This document shows positions 19,966 through 20,000 of a stretch of 20,000 bases of DNA, piece after piece. Below the pieces are notes generated by a model. The model was not told the DNA's origin. It did not search any database and saw only the letters and a program-made list of their open reading frames with translations. Each line of letters opens with the position of its first letter. The first letter of the stretch is position 1. The stretch is taken from the NCBI GenBank assembly GCA_040437565.1, contig JBDOQK010000053.1, positions 246,079-266,078 of the forward strand, written 5' to 3'. Made by a program: the position numbers and the translations under genes. This DNA is from Albugo candida. Its lineage: Eukaryota.

Positions 19966-20000
19966 ATTGTAAGTGATAAAGCTCTTTTATCTCATAGCAT

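Overview
Eukaryotic, intron-containing genomic scaffold, most consistent with a compact-genome oomycete such as Albugo (inference from 45-75 nt introns, very short intergenic spaces, a ciliary B9D1 gene and secreted-protein genes in a gene-poor block). Bases ~450-7900 are very gene-dense with nine genes: NDUFA5, NDUFA8, RPS21, prefoldin 2, mitochondrial acyl carrier protein, an Fyv7/TAP26-like protein, CBP3/UQCC1 with a C-terminal WW domain, an 8-exon bacterial-type LarA (nickel-pincer racemase/epimerase) homologue and B9D1. Eight of these sit in four head-to-head pairs with start codons 31-125 nt apart. NDUFA5 and RPS21 are absent from the ORF track and were reconstructed by hand. Bases ~7900-20000 are gene-sparse: a secreted degenerate CAP/PR-1 protein, a secreted pepsin-fold protein lacking both catalytic Asp motifs, unidentifiable gene-like debris and a diverged ~487-bp tandem duplication. 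All five 100-N gaps are flanked by duplicated sequence and look like unmerged contig overlaps; one also carries a fold-back artefact. All family assignments come from remembered motifs, not database searches.
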